NCBI GenBank assembly: GCA_963764285.1
Contig: CAVXSA010000014.1
Coordinates: 49,901-113,900 of the forward strand
Length of the DNA stretch: 64,000 nt
Direction: 5' to 3'
From: an uncultured Flavobacteriaceae bacterium
GTDB taxonomy: Bacteria > Bacteroidota > Bacteroidia > Flavobacteriales > Flavobacteriaceae
A model generated the notes under the pieces. It did not search any database. It saw only the letters and a list, made by a program, of their open reading frames with translations, and was not told the DNA's origin. Positions within the stretch are counted from its first letter, which is position 1, and each line of letters starts with the position of its first letter. Positions 55,166-64,000 of this stretch are shown one piece after another. The position numbers and the translations under genes are program-made.

Positions 55166-57569
55166 CTATTTTCTATCACCGGGAAAAAAGGTCAAAACCG
55201 ATTCCGACCTATTCATAATCTCCTCTTTGTTCATCATCATTTTCCGGAATTCGCCTTTTACGAACATTTCAGCTTGATCTTTGTAGTGTTTGCTGAACGG
55301 ATTCCCCGATTGGCCGGTCGGCAGAATGCTTCTACTGTTTTCAACATCCGAAAAATCGATGACGCGCCTTGTGGATGGGCCGGAACTGACTTTGTAGAAG
55401 CCATCTTCAGTGTAGGGAAAACTCATATTGTTGATAACCTCACGGGTTCCGGTGACGGGGAAAGGGCCGACGTTAAAAAAAGGTTTTAATGCCGCTACCT
55501 GCCCCAAAGGATGTTCGTGTTCCAAAGTATGAACCCGGTCCCACGTCCAGTTTTCGGGAGATTCGCCCAAGGTGTTTTCCAGGTTTTTCCAGGCTTCCCG
55601 AAAAGAGCTGTTGACGATATCCTGTTTAGTTTCGATGGTTTTCGTGGTAGTAACATCGTCCCACCATACCGAATTTTCATTGGCAGATAGCGGTGCAATC
55701 AATCGTTTTATCAAATGGGTGGCCTGCAATTCGTCGAACATTTCCGCACCCAATTCATCTCTAAAAGTAGCTACCAGCAAATGGTATATCCAACGGTGAT
55801 AGATGCAAGCCTCGGTACTGTTCAGGGGATAATTGCCCTTCCAATACTGCAATTTATCCAAGCCCTGCAATTGATTTCCAGTGAGCCCCTGGATAGCGAC
55901 ATCCTTTAGTAGATTGGTAAGGATGGACATGTTTACGGGCGATATCATGTCGGTCATCATTTGCTCTACCGATTCCCTGTTCCAATCGTTTTTGGATTCT
56001 ATCAACCCAACAATCCTCTTGGCCCTGTTCTCTGGCAGATAGTAGCCTGGATACAACATCCCGGCGGTGGAATCGGGCTGGTTGTTGGCCGAATACACAT
56101 AGTGCCAAGGAGGATCGATGGCATGAGGATTCTTGGAAAAGGGAAGGTATTTCCGGTCGCTTGAAAGTCCTTGGTTTACATCGTAAACGAGTTTAGTATG
56201 AATGCTATCCGGAATCTCGTACAGTTTGGCCGTGGCCCACCAGGCCAAATGGCCCTCGGCATCACCGTACATGATATTGAGTCCCGGGGCATGGATGTTG
56301 GGCAGGGCGCTTTGGAATTCGGCGATGTTCTGGGCATGCGACATGCCGTACAGGGCATCCATCACCTTGTTTTCGACCTGCGTATAGGCCCACCACATCG
56401 AAATCGGTCGTGCACCGGTAACTTGATCGGCAATACCGTTCAAAACGGGACCATGAAGAGTTTTTTTATAGGAAAACTCAATATCGGTCGAATCTCTAAC
56501 CTTGATGGTTTTTGAAATGATTTCATAATCGGCCCAGCCAGTTTCCGTTCTGTATTTTGTTGGGTCCGATGGATGGGTTTCCTCGTAATAAAAGTCCACA
56601 TCATCGTTCTCGAACATGGTCATGCCATAGGCCAGGTGGCGGTCATGGCCCAATAACGGAAAGGGTACGCCCGCCAAATGGTAGCCATATTTTTCATAGG
56701 ATGGGGTACTCACATGGGCCTCGTACCATACGCAGGGCTGAGAAAATCCGATATGCGGATCGTTGGCGAAAATGACTTTGCCATTTTTGGTTTTTTCGGG
56801 GGCGAGCACCCAGCTGTTGCTTCCCTCGAACAGGGGAATAGATAGTTTTTCGAGAGACTCCATAACCTCACCGGTAAATTGGCCGGTAAGGCTTTCGGTG
56901 GAACTGGGAGTATAAGTCCGTATCCAGACCGAACCCGTATCGCTTTGGATTTGCAGGTCTTGTAGATACTCGGGCCCGAGCTTATCCCGTATTCTAGTTA
57001 GCAAGGGGTCGGTCTTGTGTGCCATGGCAAAACTGAAGGCCATATAGCCCATGGTGTTATAGATGTCTTTCAGGGTGAATGTTTTCTTTTTCGATGCCCG
57101 TCAGATAAAACTCCACGGGTGTTGGGCCTTCTTCTATAAATTGATTGATGCCGTCGAGATAGGCCTGGGAAAGTTGGACGGATTTCTTAGTCTTGTCCAA
57201 TTCCGCCACGGTTTTGGCGGAAGCATCGTCGATACCCAGGGCGAGGAAGAATTTATCCGTTTCGATAAAATCCTTTCCAAAGACCTCCGAAATGCCGCCG
57301 CTGCCTATGCGCCGCAAAAGTTCCATTTGCCACAGACGGTCTTGGGCATGAACATAGCCCAGTGCGGTAAAGGCATCCTTTTCATTTTCCCCGTAGATAT
57401 GGGGAATTCCATAAGTGTCAAAATAGACCTGTACTTCGCCGGAAAGTCCCGGCATTGCTTCTTCACCATCATAGTCCGGTTTGAGAGTATAAGTAAAAAT
57501 CACTGCGCTTAAAAATAGTATCCCCAAGAGGACAAAAAGAATGAGGGCTATTTTCTTGAATGTTTTCAC
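55166..57569 (-). CDS. Penicillin acylase-family Ntn hydrolase (peptidase S45), N-terminal membrane anchor; frameshift near 57080
   Basis: DTYGIPHIY, GYVHAQDRLWQM, G-SNSW (beta-chain Ser nucleophile), ANDPH, GQSGNPFSKHYKDQ. Confidence 0.9.
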
Positions 57570-57740
57570 AGAGCAATATTGTCACGAAAGATACGGGTAT
57601 AGAATGAGGAAAAAAAGCAGTAAAGAAATTCTAAAAAAGTTAAAAAAAACGGAATATCCCACAATTACTGTTGTATTTTTAACTTTTCCTGTTAATAAAA
57701 ATTTGTTATTTTCCCAAAGATTATAAAAACACACACTATC

Positions 57741-58916
57741 ATGAGAAAAACTTTTAAAAAATTAGTACCCTCTGTTTTAGCCGTAGGAATTCTATTGGCC
57801 TCGTGCAACAAGGATGAAGATTTTGTACCAGAAGACCCTTCTATTACAGGGGTTTCTGCCAAAGCATCCACCAAAAAACTACCGGCGAGCATCGGTACTT
57901 CCGATAGATTCCAGTTAGATTCATCAGTGCTGATGATCAGGGATTTTGAATCTAAACTACAACTTTCCGAAGCAGTAGCACCCAGTGAATGCGAAGCTAC
58001 CCCCTTCAACGAAGTGACCGACCACTATAACGATTTGCTTATAAACGGTTTTATTGCAGCTTGGGACGGAAACCCTGATGCTATAGGCGTTATTTTAGAA
58101 GACTACTTCGTTATCAACCAGATTGCAGCTACGGAAGAAGACAAAAACACGGACTATTTTGGTGCGGATGGGGAATATACGAACTACGTAAAAAAAAGAA
58201 AACGAAGTTTGGAGAAGTTTTGGGATATGCCGGACTTGGTTTCAGTGAGGGGCCAGCACACAGAAACTCTGGAGGATTTGGATTTCATTCGTTCTATCTA
58301 TGAAAATTATTCCACCGCAACAGAAGAGGAAATCGATTACTTCTTGACTATTGCGGAACATTTCAATACGGTGAGCGATCAGATTCCGGAAAACCCATTT
58401 TTCGCTTCGGATGGCTTTGCAACTTTCGATAGAAAGATAGTTATCGGAGATGGGATAGTAACCTTTCTTGAAGATACCGGCCTGGATCCAAAAGTCGTCT
58501 GGTCAAGTATTTTGGCCCACGAATGGGGACATCAAATTCAATTTTTGAACTTCGGGGTTTGGGAGTATCCCATACCGGCCTTTGCGAATACCGCCGAATC
58601 AACAAGACTGACCGAATTGGAAGCCGATTTCTTCACCGGCTATTACCTAACTCACAAAAGAGGGGCAACGTACAACTGGAAAAGGGTGGAAGATTTCTTG
58701 ACTGCTTTTTTCAATATAGGTGATTGTAGTTTCCAAAGCCCGGGGCATCATGGCACGCACATAGAACGTTTGGCTGCTGCCAGAGCTGGAAATGATTTGG
58801 CCAACAGTGCCCAAAAAAAAGGCCATATTCTGAGCCAACAAGGCGTACATGATGCCTTTTTAGCGCACTTAAGCGATATACTCAATTCACCCATTTCGGT
58901 TAGTGCTGCAAGATAG
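57741..58916 (+). CDS. Lipoprotein zinc metallopeptidase-like (zincin)
   Basis: LAS-CNKDED lipobox; ILAHEWGHQIQ (HExxH), ELEADFFTG, HHGT. Confidence 0.75.
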   Translation: MRKTFKKLVPSVLAVGILLASCNKDEDFVPEDPSITGVSAKASTKKLPASIGTSDRFQLDSSVLMIRDFESKLQLSEAVAPSECEATPFNEVTDHYNDLLINGFIAAWDGNPDAIGVILEDYFVINQIAATEEDKNTDYFGADGEYTNYVKKRKRSLEKFWDMPDLVSVRGQHTETLEDLDFIRSIYENYSTATEEEIDYFLTIAEHFNTVSDQIPENPFFASDGFATFDRKIVIGDGIVTFLEDTGLDPKVVWSSILAHEWGHQIQFLNFGVWEYPIPAFANTAESTRLTELEADFFTGYYLTHKRGATYNWKRVEDFLTAFFNIGDCSFQSPGHHGTHIERLAAARAGNDLANSAQKKGHILSQQGVHDAFLAHLSDILNSPISVSAAR

Positions 58917-58930
58917 GTACACAGCTACTA

Positions 58931-60961
58931 TCAATGTGTTACCAAAGGCCGTTTCCTAGAGACGGCCTTGCTTTTTGATGTCAGCGCACCTTCCTTTAGT
59001 GTATTGAAGGTGGTCAGACCCTGCAACAACCAATTCCGGTATTCGTCCCTATCCGTATATTGCACGGCTTTGTTGAGCACTTCCAAATCCGGAGAAAGCA
59101 AAACATAGTACGGCTGGGAGGCGGCGTTGAAGTTGATGGTTTGAAAAGTGCCCCACTTCTGCCCTATCGTTTTAATACTTTTTATGCGACCGTTATCGAA
59201 CCTAAAATCGAACTGCTCGCTTTCCGGAAGTTCCTTTCTATCGTCAATATATAAGGATATCAATACAAAATCCTCTTTCAAAATAGGATAGATATCGGCT
59301 TCGCTCCACACATTAGCTTCCATTTTACGGCAGTTGACACAGGCCCATCCCGTAAAATCCAACAGAATGGGTTTATCGACCTTTTTGGCATAGGCCACAC
59401 CTTTCTCAAAATCCTTAAAACAATCGATTCCCAAGGGACAGTCGCTTTCCGTTTCGAAAACGCTGTAGAAAGGGGGCGGCGGAAATCCGCTCAACAATTT
59501 TAAACCTGAAAAATTGAAAAGTCCCAGTACTAAATAGATTGAAAAAGCCGCACTGACCCAACCGATACCTTTTCTTACGGCGGACAATTTCTGCTTGGGC
59601 CCCTCGTGGGGAAAACGTACAACTCCGAAGAGATAGAGCGTTAACAGCACAAAAAGCAAAATCCATATCCCCAAAAATATCTCCCGTTTCAGAATTCCCC
59701 ACCCACCTACCATATCGGCGTTGGAAAGAAATTTGAGAGCCAAGGCCAGTTCCAAAAAGCCGAGCACCACCTTGACGGTATTCATCCATCCCCCAGATTT
59801 GGGCAGGGAATTCAACCAGGCCGGAAAAAGGGCAAAGAGAGCAAATGGCAAGGCGAGTGCCATTCCAAAGCCTGTCATGCCGGCCGAAAGATTGGTGGCT
59901 ACATCTCCCTCTCCCAAAACGGTACTGCCCAACAATCCGCCGAGAATAGGACCCGTACAGCTAAAAGAAACGATGGCCAAGGTCATAGCCATAAAGAACA
60001 CACCGATACCACCGCCTATCTTGGTAGAGGCAGCATCCATTCGGTTCGCCCAGGAGCTGGGGAGGGTTAGTTCGTAATAGCCAAAAAAGGAAAAAGCAAA
60101 AAATACGAAGACAATAAAAAATATGACATTCAACCAGATGTTGGTGGCTATGGTGTTCAAAATCTGAGAATCGACGGAATCAAACATATGGAATGGCAGA
60201 CTCAACAAAAAGTATATCAAGACAATAAAGAATCCGTACAGCAATGCATTGGCGATGCCCTTGGACTTCTTTTCGGCATGCTTGGTAAAAAAGGATACCG
60301 TAAGGGGAATCATCGGAAAAACGCAGGGGGTAAGAAGCGCAATCATTCCGCCTATAAAACCCAATCCGAAAACCATCCACAGTCCTGAACCGGTGCCGAC
60401 CTCCTCCCCGGGATTGTTCAGCATTTCTTTGTTCTTCAGATCCAGCCTAAGGGCGGCGCCCATTGCAACACTTCGTTCGTCCAGCGTTTTTTCGGTTTTT
60501 GTGACTGTGCCCCCGTCAAGAACGAAACTGAAATTTTGGTCCGCGGGAATACAGACTTCCTTACAGACCTGATAGAACAGATTGACGTTAATCTGATCGA
60601 TATTGGGTCGGAGCAGCTTTATCTTTTGGGTGAAGACGGCGTTTTCCTTAAAAAAAGTTTCATCGACCTCAAAAATATCGTTGTATTCGACAAAGGTTTC
60701 GCTTTCACCGGTCTCCCCGACCAGTTCATAATCTTCCCCCGCTTTTTCGAAAGTGAACTCACTGGGCAAAGAACCGCCCTCGGCCGTATGTTGGGAATAT
60801 ACGTGCCAGCCTTCAGCGATGTCGGCTTTCATGATCAGTTCGTATTCCGTATCAGAAATTTTCCGGAATTCCTGCGTCCATTTGACGGGATTTTCATCGT
60901 CCTGTGAAAATAAGCATAATCCACTAATAAATAATGCTATGAATATTGATACTTGTTTCAT
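58931..60961 (-). CDS. dsbD: DsbD-family protein-disulfide reductase
   Basis: N-domain GWHVYS...YQVCKEVC; TM domain TPCVFPMIP, SFSCTGP, PKSGGWM; thioredoxin domain DFTGWACVNC. Confidence 0.92.
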   Translation of the reverse strand: MKQVSIFIALFISGLCLFSQDDENPVKWTQEFRKISDTEYELIMKADIAEGWHVYSQHTAEGGSLPSEFTFEKAGEDYELVGETGESETFVEYNDIFEVDETFFKENAVFTQKIKLLRPNIDQINVNLFYQVCKEVCIPADQNFSFVLDGGTVTKTEKTLDERSVAMGAALRLDLKNKEMLNNPGEEVGTGSGLWMVFGLGFIGGMIALLTPCVFPMIPLTVSFFTKHAEKKSKGIANALLYGFFIVLIYFLLSLPFHMFDSVDSQILNTIATNIWLNVIFFIVFVFFAFSFFGYYELTLPSSWANRMDAASTKIGGGIGVFFMAMTLAIVSFSCTGPILGGLLGSTVLGEGDVATNLSAGMTGFGMALALPFALFALFPAWLNSLPKSGGWMNTVKVVLGFLELALALKFLSNADMVGGWGILKREIFLGIWILLFVLLTLYLFGVVRFPHEGPKQKLSAVRKGIGWVSAAFSIYLVLGLFNFSGLKLLSGFPPPPFYSVFETESDCPLGIDCFKDFEKGVAYAKKVDKPILLDFTGWACVNCRKMEANVWSEADIYPILKEDFVLISLYIDDRKELPESEQFDFRFDNGRIKSIKTIGQKWGTFQTINFNAASQPYYVLLSPDLEVLNKAVQYTDRDEYRNWLLQGLTTFNTLKEGALTSKSKAVSRKRPLVTH
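58945..58976 (+). terminator. Terminator for the zincin gene, overlapping the dsbD 3' end
   Basis: AAGGCCGTTTC-CTA-GAGACGGCCTT stem followed by GCTTTTT. Confidence 0.55.
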
Positions 60962-62265
60962 TACTTTAATTCAAACTTTAAAATTTCATCCGTAGCTTCA
61001 GAAACCTTGAACCGCTCATCGGCCCGTCTGCCGACGACCCAGACAATCGCTCCTTCGGAACAGAGCAGCCATTGTTTTTGTTTGGTGATGACATCTAGCT
61101 TTTCGTCCTTAAAAAACTTTGATAATTTTTTTTTACCCTGCATCCCCAACGGGTAAAAGTAATCGCCCTGTCGCCATCTTCTAAGGGTCAGGGGATACTT
61201 TAACGATTTTTTGGCCACATAAAGTATATGTGCGTTCGTTTCGGAAATGGCATCAGCTTTCCCTATACGCAGGGAAATCGGCTTTTCGATTTTAGCCTCA
61301 TTTTCCTGAATTTGATAGGTTTCATTATTGACAGCATTAATTTCGGTCAGCAGCAGAAAAGCGCGGTCCTTTACCAAACGGTGGGATTTTGAACGGACTT
61401 CCTTGCCGCTCATGGCGTGCAATAGATGCTCGATATCGTTCCATTCCGTAAAGCCGTATTCCTTGAAAAATCCGTAGAGATAGCCGGACAACGGCTGTAA
61501 ACCGGTCAGTGCCTTCACTGGGATTTTAAGGATTTCACCTTCCTTCAGAAACAGGCTGTCTTTCAATTCACGGATGTGTTCGTCGGCTATCGATGCGGTC
61601 TGCCCTAAATACCTCTGGGTTTCCCCGAAATGCTGCAAGAAATTGGCGTTCAGCTCTTTTAACAAAGGTACTATTCGATGTCTGATGTTATTGCGTAGGT
61701 ATTTCGTATCGGCATTGCTGCGGTCTTCTCGCCAGTTGATATCTTCGGTCTCGGCATACGTCTTGATCTGCTGCCTCGAAAAGGCCAACAAAGGACGGGC
61801 GATACTATCCGTTCTTTCAGGGATACCCGTTAGACCATCGATACCGGTGCCGCGGGAAAGATTAATAAGAAAGGTCTCGAGATTATCGTCCGCATGATGG
61901 GCGGTGACCAAGGTGTTGGTACCGCTATTTTTCATTATTTCGTTGAACCACGCATAACGGAGTTCCCTAGCGGCTATTTGCACCGAAACTTTATGTTGTT
62001 TTACATAATCTATTGTATTAAAATGCCTTACTAAAAATTTTTTGTTCAATTGTTTGGCCCTGTCCTCCACCAGTTTTGCGTCGGCATCGCTCTCGGGGCC
62101 CCGCAACCTGAAGTGGCAATGCACCAAGGTAAAGTCCATTCCACATTTCGCAGACAGGTCGGCCAAGACCATACTGTCGATACCCCCGCTGCAAGCTAGT
62201 ATAAAACGAGCCTGAAGGAGTTCCGGAAATTTTCTTTCGATATGTGCTCTGAATGCTGCTAACAC
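60961..62265 (-). CDS. tilS: tRNA(Ile)-lysidine synthetase
   Basis: ACSGGIDS PP-loop, ARELRY, TAHHADD, RPLL, DRSN...RNNIRH, KKLSKFFKD. Confidence 0.96.
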   Translation of the reverse strand: MLAAFRAHIERKFPELLQARFILACSGGIDSMVLADLSAKCGMDFTLVHCHFRLRGPESDADAKLVEDRAKQLNKKFLVRHFNTIDYVKQHKVSVQIAARELRYAWFNEIMKNSGTNTLVTAHHADDNLETFLINLSRGTGIDGLTGIPERTDSIARPLLAFSRQQIKTYAETEDINWREDRSNADTKYLRNNIRHRIVPLLKELNANFLQHFGETQRYLGQTASIADEHIRELKDSLFLKEGEILKIPVKALTGLQPLSGYLYGFFKEYGFTEWNDIEHLLHAMSGKEVRSKSHRLVKDRAFLLLTEINAVNNETYQIQENEAKIEKPISLRIGKADAISETNAHILYVAKKSLKYPLTLRRWRQGDYFYPLGMQGKKKLSKFFKDEKLDVITKQKQWLLCSEGAIVWVVGRRADERFKVSEATDEILKFELK

Positions 62266-62530
62266 GGCACAAAGGTAGTGAACGCAAGTTAGGAGTGCAG
62301 AGTTACAAGCTACACTTTTGGCAAAGAACTAATTAGACTTTTTCTTTTACCTACGAATTTCACATTTGGAGGCTATATTTCTCCATTTTTGAATGTCGTA
62401 GTCCTACCATGGTTTAAACAATGACTTCATCTTGCCTCAAAAGCCGATATTCCCCGTTCCCAACTATAAGGATAAATGAGTTGAAAAAATAAACTTTCAA
62501 ACCAAAAAAAGACCCACCCATAAACTTCCT

Positions 62531-63823
62531 CTAACCTTCCAAAACTTCCCGCATCGCCTTGGCTTTTAGCAGGCACTCCTCATACTCGTTTTCAGGACTG
62601 GACTTCGCGGTTATGGCACTACCTACGGCGTAGGAAAGATATTTTTCCGTATCGTTATAGAGAATACTGCGAATGACCACATTGAAATCAAAATCGCCCT
62701 CGGGGGTGAAATAGCCTACAGTACCGCTGTATAGGCCTCGTTTAAAGGACTCTAATTCTTCTATAATCTTCATCGCCGATATTTTTGGTGCACCGGTCAT
62801 ACTCCCCATGGGAAAGGTTTCCTTGATAATTTCCACTGGGTTTTTATGTGCTGCAACTTCGGCTGTCACGGTAGAAATCATTTGGTGAACCTGTTCAAAA
62901 GTATGTACTTCGCACAGTTCTTCAACCCGAACGCTACCTGTGAGGGCGCTTACGGATAGGTCGTTGCGCACCAGATCAACAATCATAATATTCTCCGCCC
63001 GTTCCTTGGCATTCCATTTCAATGATGATTTAAGATCCTTATCCGTTTTAGGATCTGGAGAGCGCTTTGCCGTACCCTTTATGGGTTGTGAAATAACTTG
63101 ATGGCCTTTTCTTTGCAAGTAGCGCTCCGGGGAAGCGGACAGTAGGAATTTGTCCTGCAACCTTAAAAATGTCGAGAACGGAGCCCTAGAAATCGCATTC
63201 AACCGGATATAGGTATTCAACGCGTTTATTTTCGTATTTTCTGAATAGAATTCCTGGCAAAAATTGGCCTCGTACACGTTGCCCCGATGAATATGGGCTA
63301 ATAGTTCTTTTATCCTTTTAAAATATTCATCCTTAAAAACACGCAGCTTAATGTGGATATCATCGGAGATGTGAATGCCTCCCGTTTGTAGGGATGTATC
63401 CTTCGAAATCTCCTCAAAATCACTTTCTATATCATCATCCACCAGATTCAGATAGATAAAATCAGCGGTATTCCCGGAAATACGGATGATTTTTTTGGGC
63501 TGGAAAAAATACAGGGCGGGGAAATGGAGTCCGTCGAAATTTTGGGAAGAAAGAGGCTCGATATCGTTTTTAAGGTCGTAGGATAGATATCCGAAAATCC
63601 AGTCCTTTATCTTTCCTTGATATTCCATAAGATTGGCAAAGGCATTTTCACTACCTGTGACTATAGAAGTGAGTCCGTCTATCGCCAATACCGCATCGAA
63701 GGCGCCAAAACGGTCGTAATGGCCATTGCTGTCCAGCCAGGCCACTTCCTTGAACCGCTGGGACCAATTCAATAACCTTTGTTTAAAAAGAGGGGAAACC
63801 GTAAAAGAGACCGTTGTGCGCAA
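62531..63823 (-). CDS. pabB: Aminodeoxychorismate synthase / anthranilate synthase component I family
   Basis: [61 protein letters not shown]. Confidence 0.85.
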   Translation of the reverse strand: MRTTVSFTVSPLFKQRLLNWSQRFKEVAWLDSNGHYDRFGAFDAVLAIDGLTSIVTGSENAFANLMEYQGKIKDWIFGYLSYDLKNDIEPLSSQNFDGLHFPALYFFQPKKIIRISGNTADFIYLNLVDDDIESDFEEISKDTSLQTGGIHISDDIHIKLRVFKDEYFKRIKELLAHIHRGNVYEANFCQEFYSENTKINALNTYIRLNAISRAPFSTFLRLQDKFLLSASPERYLQRKGHQVISQPIKGTAKRSPDPKTDKDLKSSLKWNAKERAENIMIVDLVRNDLSVSALTGSVRVEELCEVHTFEQVHQMISTVTAEVAAHKNPVEIIKETFPMGSMTGAPKISAMKIIEELESFKRGLYSGTVGYFTPEGDFDFNVVIRSILYNDTEKYLSYAVGSAITAKSSPENEYEECLLKAKAMREVLEG

Positions 63824-63982
63824 GGAAACAGGTATTGAAGGTGTTTGTGGGAGCGAAATTATATCAATTCAATGGGAAACGGGGGAATTTTGGTTAATTT
63901 TGCCGCTTCAAACGGGATTAGCAGTGCAGGAAGACATCCAAACCTGCTGTTGTACAAGTATATAGGATGTAGCAAATTTATA

Positions 63983-64000
63983 ATGGACAACAGAACCCAA
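63983..64000 (+). CDS. Possible start of a gene running off the right edge (MDNRTQ...)
   Basis: ATG in AT-rich context, about 80 nt after a TAATTTTG promoter at 63895-63902; only 6 codons are visible. Confidence 0.35.

Overview
Bacterial chromosomal window, almost certainly Bacteroidota/Flavobacteriaceae (inferred from SusC/FecR/ECF, DUF4249, DUF4252, the glutaminyl cyclase lipoprotein, TAnnTTTG promoters and the general absence of Shine-Dalgarno sequences). Bases 1-9 kb are the edge of a polysaccharide-utilization locus: susC 5' end, fecR, a sugar-acid cassette (uxuA-like, gudD-like, gntP), an ECF sigma and a sulfatase. The rest is mostly core genome (dnaK, sdaA, panB, lspA, rluA-family, leuA/leuB, pheT, ABC-F, fsa/tal, SRP RNA, trmD, rplS, monomeric icd, purB, mscS, comM/yifB, dsbD, tilS, pabB), plus an ECF/anti-sigma/3xDUF4252 operon set divergently from two S41 peptidase lipoproteins. 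Roughly 20 single-base frameshifts, some in housekeeping genes, most likely reflect sequencing or assembly indels. I found no tRNA, rRNA, CRISPR array, transposase or integrase. The most interesting signals are non-coding: a candidate antisense sRNA at the susC start, a three-copy ECF promoter motif, opposed heptamer repeat arrays inside the DUF4252 operon, a duplicated dnaK tail next to a REP-like element, sigma54-like boxes, probable leaderless genes, an unannotated 32-aa membrane peptide and a pseudoknot-like leader at the right edge. All family assignments come from motif recognition, not database searches.
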